DNA of 58,933 bases from a virus. Lineage: Duplodnaviria; Caudoviricetes. The position numbers and the translations under genes were made by a program. Positions 46,217 to 55,945 of the stretch are shown here, in pieces. The stretch spans positions 1-58,933 of IMG/VR virus record IMGVR_UViG_3300012284_000001, one strand, 5' to 3'. The notes beneath the pieces are model-generated. The model was given only the letters and a program-made list of their open reading frames with translations, was not told the DNA's origin and searched no databases. The stretch's first letter is position 1; each line of letters starts with the position of its first letter.

Positions 46217-46942
46217 CTAATAGAAACCGTCACCACCGACGATAAATCCTCCACTGTCTCCGTTTGCATTGACATCGAAAAAGCTGCCAGTGCTCTGGAA
46301 TCGAGAGAATCTTTGGTTTGGCAGCTCATGATTTTCGAGGCGTCCGTACGCCTCTTCAAAAATCTCCTCGCCTTGGGCCTTGATCTCTGGTGCGGCTTCA
46401 TAGTTCGCATAAAGAGCCATTGCTCGGCCGAGGATTGCTTGATGATATTGCTCTGGTATTCGAGAAACATCATTGTTAGCCGCCAATTTGGTGGGCTTCC
46501 TGAAGTAATCAGCTTTAATCTGGTAAACGGCGTCAGGGACCGGCTCGAATTCCAGAGTGTTATCCGGCATGATAATAACGGTCCCGGGCTTGGCCTGGGT
46601 GTTATCACGTACCAGTGTTTTGAGCATGTCATGCTCGATGGCAATAATCTGTCCGTCTTCATCGCCCGGAGTGCCATCATTAATTTTGAAAGTTTTGTAA
46701 TCCCAGAAATTGAGATCCGTTGGTGCCGCTAATCCGACATTGCCGGGTACCGTGGGTATCTGCACCTGATTCCACAAAAACTTCCAATTGAGCCAGCGGT
46801 TCTGTATGTAAAAGTCAGCATCCTGAACCCACCTCACCATGCGTTGATTCTCGCCAACCTGGGCGACAACACTGGCAATCTGGCTTCCGGACGCGCCGAC
46901 TTCTCGCTGCAGATCCTGTACTAACTCAAGAAAAGTGCTCAT
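46217..46942 (-). CDS. Head-tail adaptor (tail tubular A-like)
   Basis: MSTFLELV, W.W.FL, PVPD..Y and IPEQYH motifs. Confidence 0.75.
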   Translation of the reverse strand: MSTFLELVQDLQREVGASGSQIASVVAQVGENQRMVRWVQDADFYIQNRWLNWKFLWNQVQIPTVPGNVGLAAPTDLNFWDYKTFKINDGTPGDEDGQIIAIEHDMLKTLVRDNTQAKPGTVIIMPDNTLEFEPVPDAVYQIKADYFRKPTKLAANNDVSRIPEQYHQAILGRAMALYANYEAAPEIKAQGEEIFEEAYGRLENHELPNQRFSRFQSTGSFFDVNANGDSGGFIVGGDGFY

Positions 46943-47241
46943 CCCGCTAACCTCTCCGCGGCTTGAGCCTTCATGTTTTCTTTCTTCGCGTCGGATATTT
47001 CATCCGGCACTGTATACCCGTCGAGCTTGGCTGCAGCTCGCTTCAGCACACCTTCCTTACCGCTGTCGACGGGTGGCTCGATCACCTCCTCTGGTTCTTT
47101 CGGCGGTTTGTAGTGTGGATCCTTGCCGACATACTCATGCGACTGGCTGAACAGATGTCCATCCTGGCAGATATAAATCGGCTTATCCCACTCTCGATGT
47201 TGAGCAAAAGGACGATTAGGGTCGAACTCCGGCTTGCTCAC
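46939..47241 (-). CDS. Hypothetical protein
   Basis: Coupled on both sides; AGGAG RBS. Confidence 0.65.
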   Translation of the reverse strand: MSKPEFDPNRPFAQHREWDKPIYICQDGHLFSQSHEYVGKDPHYKPPKEPEEVIEPPVDSGKEGVLKRAAAKLDGYTVPDEISDAKKENMKAQAAERLAG

Positions 47242-47510
47242 TTGGATTTCTCCTGCATCGCCTTGAAGTCCTCCATTGTCATCACTTTACGCTGGCCACC
47301 GACATTCACGATAACCTTTGATTTGTCCGGCAGTGCAGCGGGTGCAGGCGGCTCTGCAGTCGGCTTTGCCTCTTTCTTCGGCTCGTCACCTGCTGCTTCA
47401 GCCAAGGCATCTTCAGTCAGCTGTTCCGGTGTTTTATCTTCCGGCTTGACTGCTGCCTTTTTCTTCGCCGCTTTCTTTTTCGGCGCTGCCTTCTTTTTTG
47501 GTGTTGCCAT
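47238..47510 (-). CDS. Small protein with H1-like Lys/Ala N-terminus
   Basis: MATPKKKAAPKKKAAKKKAA; TAATG coupling. Confidence 0.65.
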   Translation of the reverse strand: MATPKKKAAPKKKAAKKKAAVKPEDKTPEQLTEDALAEAAGDEPKKEAKPTAEPPAPAALPDKSKVIVNVGGQRKVMTMEDFKAMQEKSK

Positions 47511-47824
47511 TATCGCCTCCGCTGTGGGTAAAGTGGCCGCTTCACATCCGGACCCGGGACCATATCAGGCGGACCCTGTTCCTGGCTGCGTGGATTGATT
47601 ACATCGGTTCCGGAGTTGACGGTGTTGTTGTACAACGTGTCGATCTCCAGTTTTCCCGAACAGCCATCCATCATGCACGCATTCGCTTTAAACGCGGCTT
47701 CCAGATTGGCCGGGACCATCACGCCGTCCATATCGATCATATCGATAGGCTCACCCAGCGCATTGTCCATGTAGGTTTGTGGGCCACCTCTCGGCTTTAC
47801 GCCCTGTGCATTGTCGTATGCCAT
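47510..47824 (-). CDS. Hypothetical protein
   Basis: AAGGAG RBS. Confidence 0.6.
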   Translation of the reverse strand: MAYDNAQGVKPRGGPQTYMDNALGEPIDMIDMDGVMVPANLEAAFKANACMMDGCSGKLEIDTLYNNTVNSGTDVINPRSQEQGPPDMVPGPDVKRPLYPQRRR

Positions 47825-47836
47825 AACTTTCTCCTT

Positions 47837-47867
47837 AAAAACCCCCGGGGTCCGAAGACCCCGGGGT
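47837..47867 (-). terminator. Rho-independent terminator after the capsid module, with C(UUCG)G loop
   Basis: Minus strand ACCCCGGGGTC-TTCG-GACCCCGGGGG-TTTTT. Confidence 0.85.
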
Positions 47868-47872
47868 CATCT

Positions 47873-48163
47873 TTAACAGATGGTGAAAGAGTGACCTTTC
47901 CCAGAAACACTATAAGCGCCGTCCGAGTAGGGATCTGGACGCTCAGGAGCATTACCTGACATAGGGTCACGAGTGCCGTTATAGCGAGGGAACGCGAGAG
48001 CTTCCGAATCAAACTCCGAATAGGAATTCAATCCGTACTGGATGCTCGCACCTTCCATCCGCATAAATGAACCACGAACCGTTGTCGATTTGTGATCCTT
48101 CGGCATGTACGCGCCTGGGCCCGGCTCCGGACCCGAAGGTCCGCCTGCGCCATTCATAGACAT
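47873..48163 (-). CDS. Hypothetical capsid-module protein
   Basis: GGAGG RBS; ends just before the terminator. Confidence 0.6.
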   Translation of the reverse strand: MSMNGAGGPSGPEPGPGAYMPKDHKSTTVRGSFMRMEGASIQYGLNSYSEFDSEALAFPRYNGTRDPMSGNAPERPDPYSDGAYSVSGKGHSFTIC

Positions 48164-48175
48164 AGCTACTTCCTC

Positions 48176-48565
48176 CTACCACCAAGCGACGAGAACACGG
48201 GCATCACCGGCACCGGCAGTTGAACCACCGTCACTGACAACGTCTGTAGTCGCGTCTGGGTTAATATCCATACCATCAGCATACTGCTGTGCGGTACCGA
48301 CGCTGATATTGTCGCCAATGGCAGATCCTGTAAAAGCGATAATGCCTGCAGCAAGTTGAGCATCGACGTCACCGCCGTTCTCACCAATATCAACACTGGT
48401 GTCCGCGACAGTGAATGCCGTGGTCACGTTAAGGGTGAAATCCAGAATTCGACCATAACGGCCCGTTGGTCCCACAAAGGAGAACACGGTTGCAGCTGCT
48501 GAAAAGTCAGCCGCTGCTGCCTCATGTTGAGTCTGGATGGCGTTATCATAAAATTGTCCTGGCAT
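48176..48565 (-). CDS. Putative capsid decoration protein
   Basis: Small beta-rich protein (VTTAF motif) directly after the major capsid gene. Confidence 0.55.
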   Translation of the reverse strand: MPGQFYDNAIQTQHEAAAADFSAAATVFSFVGPTGRYGRILDFTLNVTTAFTVADTSVDIGENGGDVDAQLAAGIIAFTGSAIGDNISVGTAQQYADGMDINPDATTDVVSDGGSTAGAGDARVLVAWW

Positions 48566-48577
48566 GATTACACCCCC

Positions 48578-49510
48578 TTATTCAGTTGAATCCCATTTCA
48601 GGATACGCGCTTGATCTGCATCGGTGTGGACAAGTCCATAACCGAGTTCTGCATACCATGCGATACCCCGAGACCGACCGTAGTCAGTTGGGATTTTGCC
48701 CCGAATCTCTTCGGGAATTGCGAACGCTTCCACAACTGTGTCAGCGCCGAAGAAAAAGATACCGTCAGAAACAGCCCAACCTTCGTTTGGAATGTTGGTC
48801 TGTTCACAATAACGGATCCCCTCGTAGCGACCTTTCTCACCATTCATGATGACATGCCAGCCTTCGGAAACGTACTGGTGAATTAACTCCAGATCGTCTT
48901 TGAAAGCACGCAAGGTGCTCGGGCGAGCAATCGCCATGTAGTTATTACCGTCGAAAGTCGGAATATCACGTTCCGCCATTTCATCAGCAATCAACTTGGC
49001 TGCTACGTTATTGAAGTTACCGGATGGTGCAGCCGCAGGTATACCATTGGTTGTGACTGTGATACCCGTAACCGGAGGACCACCAGTACCGACAACGCGA
49101 ATCGGAGTCAGCTCGAACTGGGCATTCGCTGCCGCGTCCAGAGCTTTCCGTGCATCGTTCTTCAGCACTTTGTGGATGATCTCAGTTACCGGATGCTCAG
49201 ACAGATCATCCAGTTTCTTCGTAAAAGGTACGCTGTTGCCATACTCTGTGATGGTGAGAGCGTTCTGGGTAATGAGGAAATTCGACTCAGGCATGGTCAG
49301 CGTTTCTGCTAAGGTACCACCCTGTGTCTGAACATCTGAATAGACGTTCCAGTTAAAAATTTCACCCTTACCCAAACCGAACGCTTCACGAGCGTCACAG
49401 AACTGGCGGAAGCGTACCATGGGTTGTAGTGCCGTACGCAGTTTACGGGACAGGTTGGGTGCCCACATAAAACCACCTAATGCACTGGTCTGCCAAACTT
49501 GGCCTGCCAT
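48578..49510 (-). CDS. Major capsid protein (N4 gp56-like, HK97 fold)
   Basis: EYGNSV, GEKGRYEGIR and DYGR..GIAWY motifs; follows the scaffold; AGGAG RBS. Confidence 0.85.
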   Translation of the reverse strand: MAGQVWQTSALGGFMWAPNLSRKLRTALQPMVRFRQFCDAREAFGLGKGEIFNWNVYSDVQTQGGTLAETLTMPESNFLITQNALTITEYGNSVPFTKKLDDLSEHPVTEIIHKVLKNDARKALDAAANAQFELTPIRVVGTGGPPVTGITVTTNGIPAAAPSGNFNNVAAKLIADEMAERDIPTFDGNNYMAIARPSTLRAFKDDLELIHQYVSEGWHVIMNGEKGRYEGIRYCEQTNIPNEGWAVSDGIFFFGADTVVEAFAIPEEIRGKIPTDYGRSRGIAWYAELGYGLVHTDADQARILKWDSTE

Positions 49511-49524
49511 AGTAGTCTCCTAAA

Positions 49525-50679
49525 TTAAACAGGTTGTCCTCTCGACTCCCTGATCTCGTTTAGCGCATCACTCGGAGTCTGTACAGGCTCCTCGGTCGCG
49601 CCATGCGGGGAAACCGCACCAAGCGCAGGGTTCGGGATTCGAACCAAATTATCCTTCCGTTCTTGCCGGGATGGATCGTTTTCGGCAGACGGTTGCGGTG
49701 CTGGTCCGCCAGAAGGGGCTTCCCCTTTCTGTTGTGCGAGCCAATTCCGCGTCCGCTTACCGGCCTCCAACATGAGTTGAGACGGCAACCAGTCAGGATG
49801 CTCGGCCTCAATCATGTCGGTCATGTTGTCAGCCATGTTGTACAGATTCGGGTCAGCCATAATCTCAGGATAGTCGGTCTTGAACTGTTCAAGTCCATCG
49901 AGCGCGTCCTGGGTGCGTTCCCGTTCAGTCATCTGGCTAACAGCTACTGCAGCGGCTTGGTTGACAATTTGGGTGGTATCAATCGCAGGGGCGGGGTTAA
50001 CCGGTACCTGGGACCGTTTAAGTAAATGTGCCAACTTCGTTGCTGCTGTATCTTCATCCCCCTGAAAGAGGGTTGATACAATCTCCTTGGCTTCACCAAC
50101 GAGTTCTTCTTCTGGTACGCCCGGGTCGGGTGGTGCCGTGGTCAGCTCAGTCATGCGATTCTGTAGAGCAGCTTCATTTTGCCGTATCCACTCCTCGCGT
50201 TGCTGAAGTTCTTTCTGCATCTGGGAAGCCTGCTGCAGGCTGACCTCTGCGGCTTCCAGTTTTTGCGCCTGTTGTTGCACGCGCGCCATCGGTATTAACT
50301 TATCTACACCATGCACTTTTGCTTTCATGTGCGGCTCACCATTGTGCATCACAATGTAGTCCGCCATCTCGTGACCTTGCAGCTCTTCCGGCAACGGATT
50401 AACCGGTTCCGCGGGTGGGTGCATCGGCTCTACAGCCTGCGCACCGTCCGCTTTAGGATCCGGCTCGGGCGGCGGTGGAGCCATGCCCAGCTCCTCCGCA
50501 TTCTCTTCAAGATACGCCCGTTGCTCTTGATGGCGTTGCTGGTCGATCTGCTCGTCTATACTGTCAAGAATAGCGTCACGAGGGTTTACCGGCGCCTCAG
50601 GGGTAGCCGATTCTTCGGGTGGCGCAGCCTGCTGGTCTAAATCTTCAGCAGAAGCGCCCTGTTGGGTGGCTTCATTCAT
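49525..50679 (-). CDS. Capsid scaffolding protein
   Basis: Acidic helical protein with KVHGVDK.IP motif and C-terminal EIRESRG; directly before the capsid gene. Confidence 0.7.
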   Translation of the reverse strand: MNEATQQGASAEDLDQQAAPPEESATPEAPVNPRDAILDSIDEQIDQQRHQEQRAYLEENAEELGMAPPPPEPDPKADGAQAVEPMHPPAEPVNPLPEELQGHEMADYIVMHNGEPHMKAKVHGVDKLIPMARVQQQAQKLEAAEVSLQQASQMQKELQQREEWIRQNEAALQNRMTELTTAPPDPGVPEEELVGEAKEIVSTLFQGDEDTAATKLAHLLKRSQVPVNPAPAIDTTQIVNQAAAVAVSQMTERERTQDALDGLEQFKTDYPEIMADPNLYNMADNMTDMIEAEHPDWLPSQLMLEAGKRTRNWLAQQKGEAPSGGPAPQPSAENDPSRQERKDNLVRIPNPALGAVSPHGATEEPVQTPSDALNEIRESRGQPV

Positions 50680-51005
50680 TCTCGATATTCCTCCAGCTGT
50701 CTCGCTGCGTTATCACCGTTTACGATTGCCTCCGCGCACCATTTCATAAATGCTTCCGCGTTGGCCATGTCCTGCTTAATGGCTTTCCATTGTGCGATAC
50801 CGCCCTTTACGGTCGGGTCTAGGTCTGCCAGTTTGTCCTTGCATTCACTGATGGTCTGCTTGGCGCGGCCGTGCAGGTAACGGCCGACCGGACTGACGAG
50901 AAAGTCTCTGACTTGCTCGCCCAGATGTGCCTCGGCGAAGTATTCACGCTCCTGTTCGTTGATAAACTCAACTGCGGAGTAGTCGAACGCTTGACCCTGG
51001 CTCAT
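50676..51005 (-). CDS. Hypothetical head-assembly protein
   Basis: Helical protein between portal and scaffold; ATGA-coupled. Confidence 0.65.
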   Translation of the reverse strand: MSQGQAFDYSAVEFINEQEREYFAEAHLGEQVRDFLVSPVGRYLHGRAKQTISECKDKLADLDPTVKGGIAQWKAIKQDMANAEAFMKWCAEAIVNGDNAARQLEEYRE

Positions 51006-51007
51006 AT

Positions 51008-51283
51008 CTAATTCTTACTCTTTTCTTTGAAACGGGACTTCCGTTTCGTTTCCATGGGGCTCGGCCCCATTCTCTGGCCGTAGGCAACTTCACCTTCCGA
51101 GCCTCTGTGCTTGGTTCGTTTAGCCTCGGCATAAGTCGTCGCGCCTTTCTTGCGCGTCACTCTTTTCGTTTTCTTCTTTGACTTGCTACCGGTCTGTTTT
51201 TCAATCGCCGCTTTGACTTCGCCCTGTCTGCGTTGCAGCTTCTGAGCTGCACCGACTGCGCTAAATGGATTCTTTTCCGCCAT
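51008..51283 (-). CDS. Small highly basic protein
   Basis: Lys/Arg-rich; GGAGG RBS; TAATG coupling. Confidence 0.6.
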   Translation of the reverse strand: MAEKNPFSAVGAAQKLQRRQGEVKAAIEKQTGSKSKKKTKRVTRKKGATTYAEAKRTKHRGSEGEVAYGQRMGPSPMETKRKSRFKEKSKN

Positions 51284-51669
51284 TACTTGTCACCTCCACG
51301 CCTGAATCTGGCTTTCCGGGCTACATCGTGCGAGCCCCTGTCTTGTAACTGGGTTTTGCTGGGACCGCCCATCATACCCTCGCCCCATCTGCTAAAAGGA
51401 CTGGGTCTTGCTTCTTCGGCCCTGCGCGGTCTGGGCCTGCGCGGTTTGGGTGCTGCGGCTTTCGGCCCTCGCGATTTAGGTTTCGATGCGCCAAAAGCTC
51501 TCATTTCCGGTTCTTTACGTTTGCCACCGCGAGGTGCCATACCACCGAAACCACTGCGCTTTCTCCAGTCTATTTTCTTTGCTATTCGACCGATGGCGCC
51601 TTTCTTCTTTCCTCGACCTCGCGCGGCTCGTGTTGCTCGTGATACTGCTTTGCCTAACATACCTGCCAT
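51283..51669 (-). CDS. Highly basic Arg/Lys/Gly-rich protein (128 aa)
   Basis: ATG 51669 with GAGG RBS, 1 nt after the previous stop. Confidence 0.6.
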   Translation of the reverse strand: MAGMLGKAVSRATRAARGRGKKKGAIGRIAKKIDWRKRSGFGGMAPRGGKRKEPEMRAFGASKPKSRGPKAAAPKPRRPRPRRAEEARPSPFSRWGEGMMGGPSKTQLQDRGSHDVARKARFRRGGDK

Positions 51670-51670
51670 G

Positions 51671-51862
51671 TTAATTACCTCGTGTGCGTGTGCGGCCACC
51701 GCGATGGGCGCCGTCAATTCGATGTGATTTACCGGTGGCCTTTTCCACGCCCGAGATACGTCCTTTATTTCGCGATGCGTAAAATACCTGTTCACCTTTC
51801 TTGGCGCCATACTGGGACTGCATGGCACCCATGATTTTCTTACCTTTTTTCGTCAGAGGCAT
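51671..51862 (-). CDS. Small basic phage protein (MPLTKKGKKIM...YG..KG..VFYAS.NKG)
   Basis: Motif resembles small proteins near phage head genes; directly after the portal. Confidence 0.7.
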   Translation of the reverse strand: MPLTKKGKKIMGAMQSQYGAKKGEQVFYASRNKGRISGVEKATGKSHRIDGAHRGGRTRTRGN

Positions 51863-51863
51863 A

Positions 51864-54185
51864 TCAAATCCCCGAACCGGTTGCCTGTGCCAGTGAAAGT
51901 TCCGCGATCTTGTTATTCTCGCGGGTCGCGGCTTCCTGCCGGTCTTTCACCAGCTTTTGTTTCTCAAGCCCTAACGTCATATAGAGCTTTTCCAGTGTCA
52001 TCTCCTTCTCTAACGCTAATCGCGCAAACCCAAGCTGGGCTTCCATGTCGAGTTTCATCAGTTCACGCTGATGCCTGAGCTGGTTGTCTTCGCGCCGGAT
52101 CTGAATCTCTTCCTGCTTCTGCTTGACCTCCGGTGGCGTTTGATCCCCAGCTTCCTGCATCTTCTGTTGCAGTTCCTGATCTGACATATAAAAACGCGAT
52201 CCATCTCGATAACCCAGTGCCCCGAAAATCTCGTTGCTGGCCTCGTCGCTCTTGAGCTTTTCAGCCATCCCCGGTAGTGCCGCGGTCTTCTCGATGCCGA
52301 ACAGTAACCGTTCAACCCGGCGGATCGGATCTGTGTTACCCATGCCGACATTAACCCGGATAGTCAGATCCTGGCGGATCAAGGCGTCCGTAACGTCGGA
52401 GATTCCGTAACGTAATAGCAGCTGAGCTTTTTGTGCGGCGAGGGCCATAATGGTACCGTCGTTCTCGTACATCTGCTCCAGCTTGACTAACTGTTTCAAG
52501 ACCGGCTCCATCCACGTCTCGAAGAAAATGCGCAGCCCGTAATCCGACAAGGATCCGGCTGTCTGGCTCATCATGGCCGTGCCGCCGAGCGTGGCTTGGC
52601 CACCCTGCCGGTTCGCCTCGACCGAGCCTTGTGAGAAATTACCCACCAGCTCATCGAATTCGAGTGCGAGTTTATCCTGCTCCATGTAGCTCGACTGGGT
52701 GACATCTGGTGTATTCACCGTTTTCACATCGCGCTCTGGATCGTTCATCATGACACCGCCACCTGGGACGTTCCGCACCAGAGCATCAAGGTCGACCTGA
52801 GAACCGCGGCGAACGTAATACCGCTTATTGAGCACCAGCTTGATGTTATCGATACGCTGGTTGGCGATGATATTAATCTCTTCCTGCAGCCCCGAGCTTT
52901 GTTCGACATCACCTGCCGGGTAGTTACGGAATGCTTCAATGGAAGAGAATCCCACGACAAAAGGCCGCTCGCCTTCCTGTAGGTGCGGGAATGCCTCGGT
53001 TAGTTTGACGGGGTCGGTCAGTAGCAGCTCGGTGCCCATCGTCCAGTACACATAATCCGTACCATTGATCTTGACGATATTCATGTGGGCCCACAGCGTG
53101 GTATAGGCGTTTCCGTGTTGTTCATCTGCCGGATCGATCCTTTCCCGGCCCTCGCGCGCCTGACGCGTGCGGTCGTAATTCTTGCGCCGGGTGGCCAGAA
53201 GGGCGCCCAGCGGGTGTGGTTTCCATTGAGGTTCGCCGGTTTTCCTGTCGACGGATTCCATCTTTTCCAGTGCCTCACCGGCATAAACCGGCATCATGTA
53301 CAGCAGGTAAGGTGATGTGCCACAGGGATCGCGCCAGTCGCACATCGGATCGAAACGGAAATTTTCGGGCGCGATCAGGTCACAGACCAGTTCATCCTTA
53401 CGCACGATGGGTACTTCGTAACCCATTGGCGCCCCGTCATCATCGGTCATCAGGGATCCGTCATCCATGAAAGCCGGTTCGTAATCAGTATCCGCCTCGT
53501 AGCGCCAGTACTGCATCGAGATACACAGGCCGTAAACCTTGGTGGACTGGTAGGCACCGATTGCGGTCTGGTACCACGGCATTCTCCGGTCGAGCCGGTA
53601 GTCGATCAGTGCCTTGTTGACCGCGGCACTGGCACGCTGCAATGGATCCCGGTCATCTTCGGGCTGGATATCAACTACATCCTGGGTTGAGAAGGCGGCA
53701 ACGGTAAGGGCGGCTTCGGCAGTTTTGGTCGCGGCTCGGGTCTTCGGACGGAATACCCGGCTCCGGCGCCAGTCGACGCGTCTAAAGTTATTCTGGGGTG
53801 CGTGCTCATTGTTCCAGTGGGCAAGATTGGTTTCCCATGTGTTGGTGATATTGGCATCAACATAGTCGGTCGAAGTTGTATAGATCTCGTGGGCCTTGGC
53901 GATCAGCCAGGAAGTGCGATCCACATCGCTGGTGTTCTCTTCCAGACCAGTATCGTCAGAATCAGCATAAGCCGCTCCACCGGCACTGTCGCTGGATGGC
54001 GTATCCCCCGGCGGCAACTGGTCGGGGTTGCGCGAGTAGGCCGGTCCGCTTTTACCGAATCGCTCGTTGTCGGCAATCGCATCTGGTGACATCGGTGCAC
54101 CGGGTGATGTCGGATGATTCACATCCGTACCGACAAATTCCGGATTCCGGTCGCCTTGTCCGCCTGATGGTATTGGTCCTGCCAT
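51864..54185 (-). CDS. Portal protein (P22-like with C-terminal barrel)
   Basis: SRVFRPKTR, ENFRFDP and LQEEIN...NQRIDN motifs; C-terminal coiled coil; between terL and scaffold. Confidence 0.85.
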   Translation of the reverse strand: MAGPIPSGGQGDRNPEFVGTDVNHPTSPGAPMSPDAIADNERFGKSGPAYSRNPDQLPPGDTPSSDSAGGAAYADSDDTGLEENTSDVDRTSWLIAKAHEIYTTSTDYVDANITNTWETNLAHWNNEHAPQNNFRRVDWRRSRVFRPKTRAATKTAEAALTVAAFSTQDVVDIQPEDDRDPLQRASAAVNKALIDYRLDRRMPWYQTAIGAYQSTKVYGLCISMQYWRYEADTDYEPAFMDDGSLMTDDDGAPMGYEVPIVRKDELVCDLIAPENFRFDPMCDWRDPCGTSPYLLYMMPVYAGEALEKMESVDRKTGEPQWKPHPLGALLATRRKNYDRTRQAREGRERIDPADEQHGNAYTTLWAHMNIVKINGTDYVYWTMGTELLLTDPVKLTEAFPHLQEGERPFVVGFSSIEAFRNYPAGDVEQSSGLQEEINIIANQRIDNIKLVLNKRYYVRRGSQVDLDALVRNVPGGGVMMNDPERDVKTVNTPDVTQSSYMEQDKLALEFDELVGNFSQGSVEANRQGGQATLGGTAMMSQTAGSLSDYGLRIFFETWMEPVLKQLVKLEQMYENDGTIMALAAQKAQLLLRYGISDVTDALIRQDLTIRVNVGMGNTDPIRRVERLLFGIEKTAALPGMAEKLKSDEASNEIFGALGYRDGSRFYMSDQELQQKMQEAGDQTPPEVKQKQEEIQIRREDNQLRHQRELMKLDMEAQLGFARLALEKEMTLEKLYMTLGLEKQKLVKDRQEAATRENNKIAELSLAQATGSGI

Positions 54186-54613
54186 TAATCAACCCCTGAA
54201 TCCGGTGTTATGACATTATCGCCATGGTCACGTTTCAACGTCTCAAAAATATCCTCATCCACAATACGACCACGCGTGATCCCGTGACGTTCAAGGATCT
54301 CGCCTGCTGCATATTTTGCTTTTTCTTGCAGGTCGTGAAGTGATCTACCCACCATGCTGATGTGGTAACCCTTTTCGTTGGATACTGAATCGCAGACGAT
54401 TATTAACATCTGCCCAAACAGGTCCACCTTCACGCCCCACTCTCGGTTGGGGTAGTGCCTTACTAGCGTATCACCAACGCCCTTCGCAATCCACATTTCG
54501 AGTTTTGCTATTTTGGTATCGTCGGTCTCCAACAGATTGATCTCGTTGTAGTCCTCAGAGATCTCTCGGCCGTAGCGGCCGTTTCTGTTAGGCAATATCA
54601 GTGGTGCGCTCAT
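54185..54613 (-). CDS. Hypothetical protein
   Basis: L..HYP...W.V and AGEILER motifs; coupled on both sides. Confidence 0.65.
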   Translation of the reverse strand: MSAPLILPNRNGRYGREISEDYNEINLLETDDTKIAKLEMWIAKGVGDTLVRHYPNREWGVKVDLFGQMLIIVCDSVSNEKGYHISMVGRSLHDLQEKAKYAAGEILERHGITRGRIVDEDIFETLKRDHGDNVITPDSGVD

Positions 54614-54852
54614 TCTCTCCATCCCGCATTTGCACTGCGTGTTCTGACACGCAGGTTTGACTTGGCGTTACTGCCACCCCGTCGGATCGGGTTCTTGTGG
54701 TCGACAACCTTGCCATCACCTTTCTTGACGGCCCCTGTCTTCGCCAGGGTGGCGCGCGCGGCGTTCCTTTGCGCTCGTTTCTTGATCTGCGCTGGCTTGC
54801 CGTGGTAGCTGTCGTACTCGTGTCGATAGTTTCGAACGCGTCCAGTTCTCAT
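54610..54852 (-). CDS. Small HNH endonuclease
   Basis: RNYRHEY...GDGKVVDHKNPI..GGSN..SNLRV....AN. Confidence 0.8.
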   Translation of the reverse strand: MRTGRVRNYRHEYDSYHGKPAQIKKRAQRNAARATLAKTGAVKKGDGKVVDHKNPIRRGGSNAKSNLRVRTRSANAGWRE

Positions 54853-55220
54853 ATAATCAGCTCGTCTTCGTAATCTATTTTCGCCCCGCAACCGCCGCAA
54901 ACCATCTTCTGGTTGCGCTCGGGCTGGGATCCGTTTGCATACATGGCCCGGGATGCCATCATCAGCTCACCTGTTTTGGGCTTGTGCGTGTAAAAGAACG
55001 CCACCCGGCGACAGGGTTTGTGAAATATCGGCACCATGTCGTCGATATTCAGCTTCCCGGGATCCCCGAGCGAGGGCAGTATCTTGGCATCCGGGTTCTT
55101 GTGCAGCACCTCTTCCGCCAGTACCCGCTTGGGATACAGGAAGTTCTTGATGATTTCATCGTTACGCTGCTTTCGGTCCATCATCGTCCTCTTCAAGACA
55201 ATCGTAGTATTCCTTGCCAT
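54849..55220 (-). CDS. Hypothetical protein with possible Zn site
   Basis: HKPC...CGGC motif. Confidence 0.6.
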   Translation of the reverse strand: MARNTTIVLKRTMMDRKQRNDEIIKNFLYPKRVLAEEVLHKNPDAKILPSLGDPGKLNIDDMVPIFHKPCRRVAFFYTHKPKTGELMMASRAMYANGSQPERNQKMVCGGCGAKIDYEDELII

Positions 55221-55383
55221 ACATCTGATCGTAGAGATCGAACAGCCCCGCGTGGCAGGTTGGACAAAAACAACACGGGAGCATCCCGAGCGTACCCGAG
55301 ATACCGCCCTCGTCTTCGAGGCTGAACTCCCCGTTACACAGGGTACAGATATCCGGCGCTTCGGCTGATTCAGGCTGCGTCAT
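55162..55383 (-). CDS. Small Zn-finger protein
   Basis: CTLC...FCPTC motif. Confidence 0.6.
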   Translation of the reverse strand: MTQPESAEAPDICTLCNGEFSLEDEGGISGTLGMLPCCFCPTCHAGLFDLYDQMYGKEYYDCLEEDDDGPKAA

Positions 55384-55945
55384 GGATCAGCACCCCCGGG
55401 TGGTTTACCGCCAGTACGTGCATGAGCTGGTCCTCGGCATAGTGGTCCTCAAGATCACTGTGTATGTCGAGCCCCAGCTTATGCACGAATTCATCACGAG
55501 ACATCCGCGTATCGTTTCGATTGAAATGGGGCAGCGGATAATCCGGAAATTCTTCGGCCCAGGTCTCGGCCAGATCCTCGAAGGCATAAACCCGGGTTGG
55601 TAAAAAACCCACCCCCGGCACGGTATGCAGTGCCACCTGGGGTGAGAAGTGAGCATTTGTCTCTGCCATGATCTTGTGCGCGAACTCGTCCGGCATCAGT
55701 CCGGTTCTTTCATGACTCCAGATAGCGTAAGCACAGGCCGCTCGATCAAACGGCTCGCGGATCCAAATGATAACTGGATAGCTTTTCTGGTCACGGAGCC
55801 GTCGGGCTTCGCCTCGACTAATTCTCTCGACGTCGTGTCTCCCCGCGGGGCCAATGGCTTCGGCCATCGAGACCGATGCGACACGCTGCGTCGCGGCAAG
55901 TACCTTGTCATGGATCCTCCAGTAATTAATACCCTTCATCAGCAT
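55370..55945 (-). CDS. Sulfotransferase family 2-like protein
   Basis: QRVASVS (5'-PSB-like), IREPFDRAACAY (3'-PB-like), NAHFSPQ, FEDL, LPHFN and HYAED match the family pattern. Confidence 0.6.
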   Translation of the reverse strand: MLMKGINYWRIHDKVLAATQRVASVSMAEAIGPAGRHDVERISRGEARRLRDQKSYPVIIWIREPFDRAACAYAIWSHERTGLMPDEFAHKIMAETNAHFSPQVALHTVPGVGFLPTRVYAFEDLAETWAEEFPDYPLPHFNRNDTRMSRDEFVHKLGLDIHSDLEDHYAEDQLMHVLAVNHPGVLIHDAA

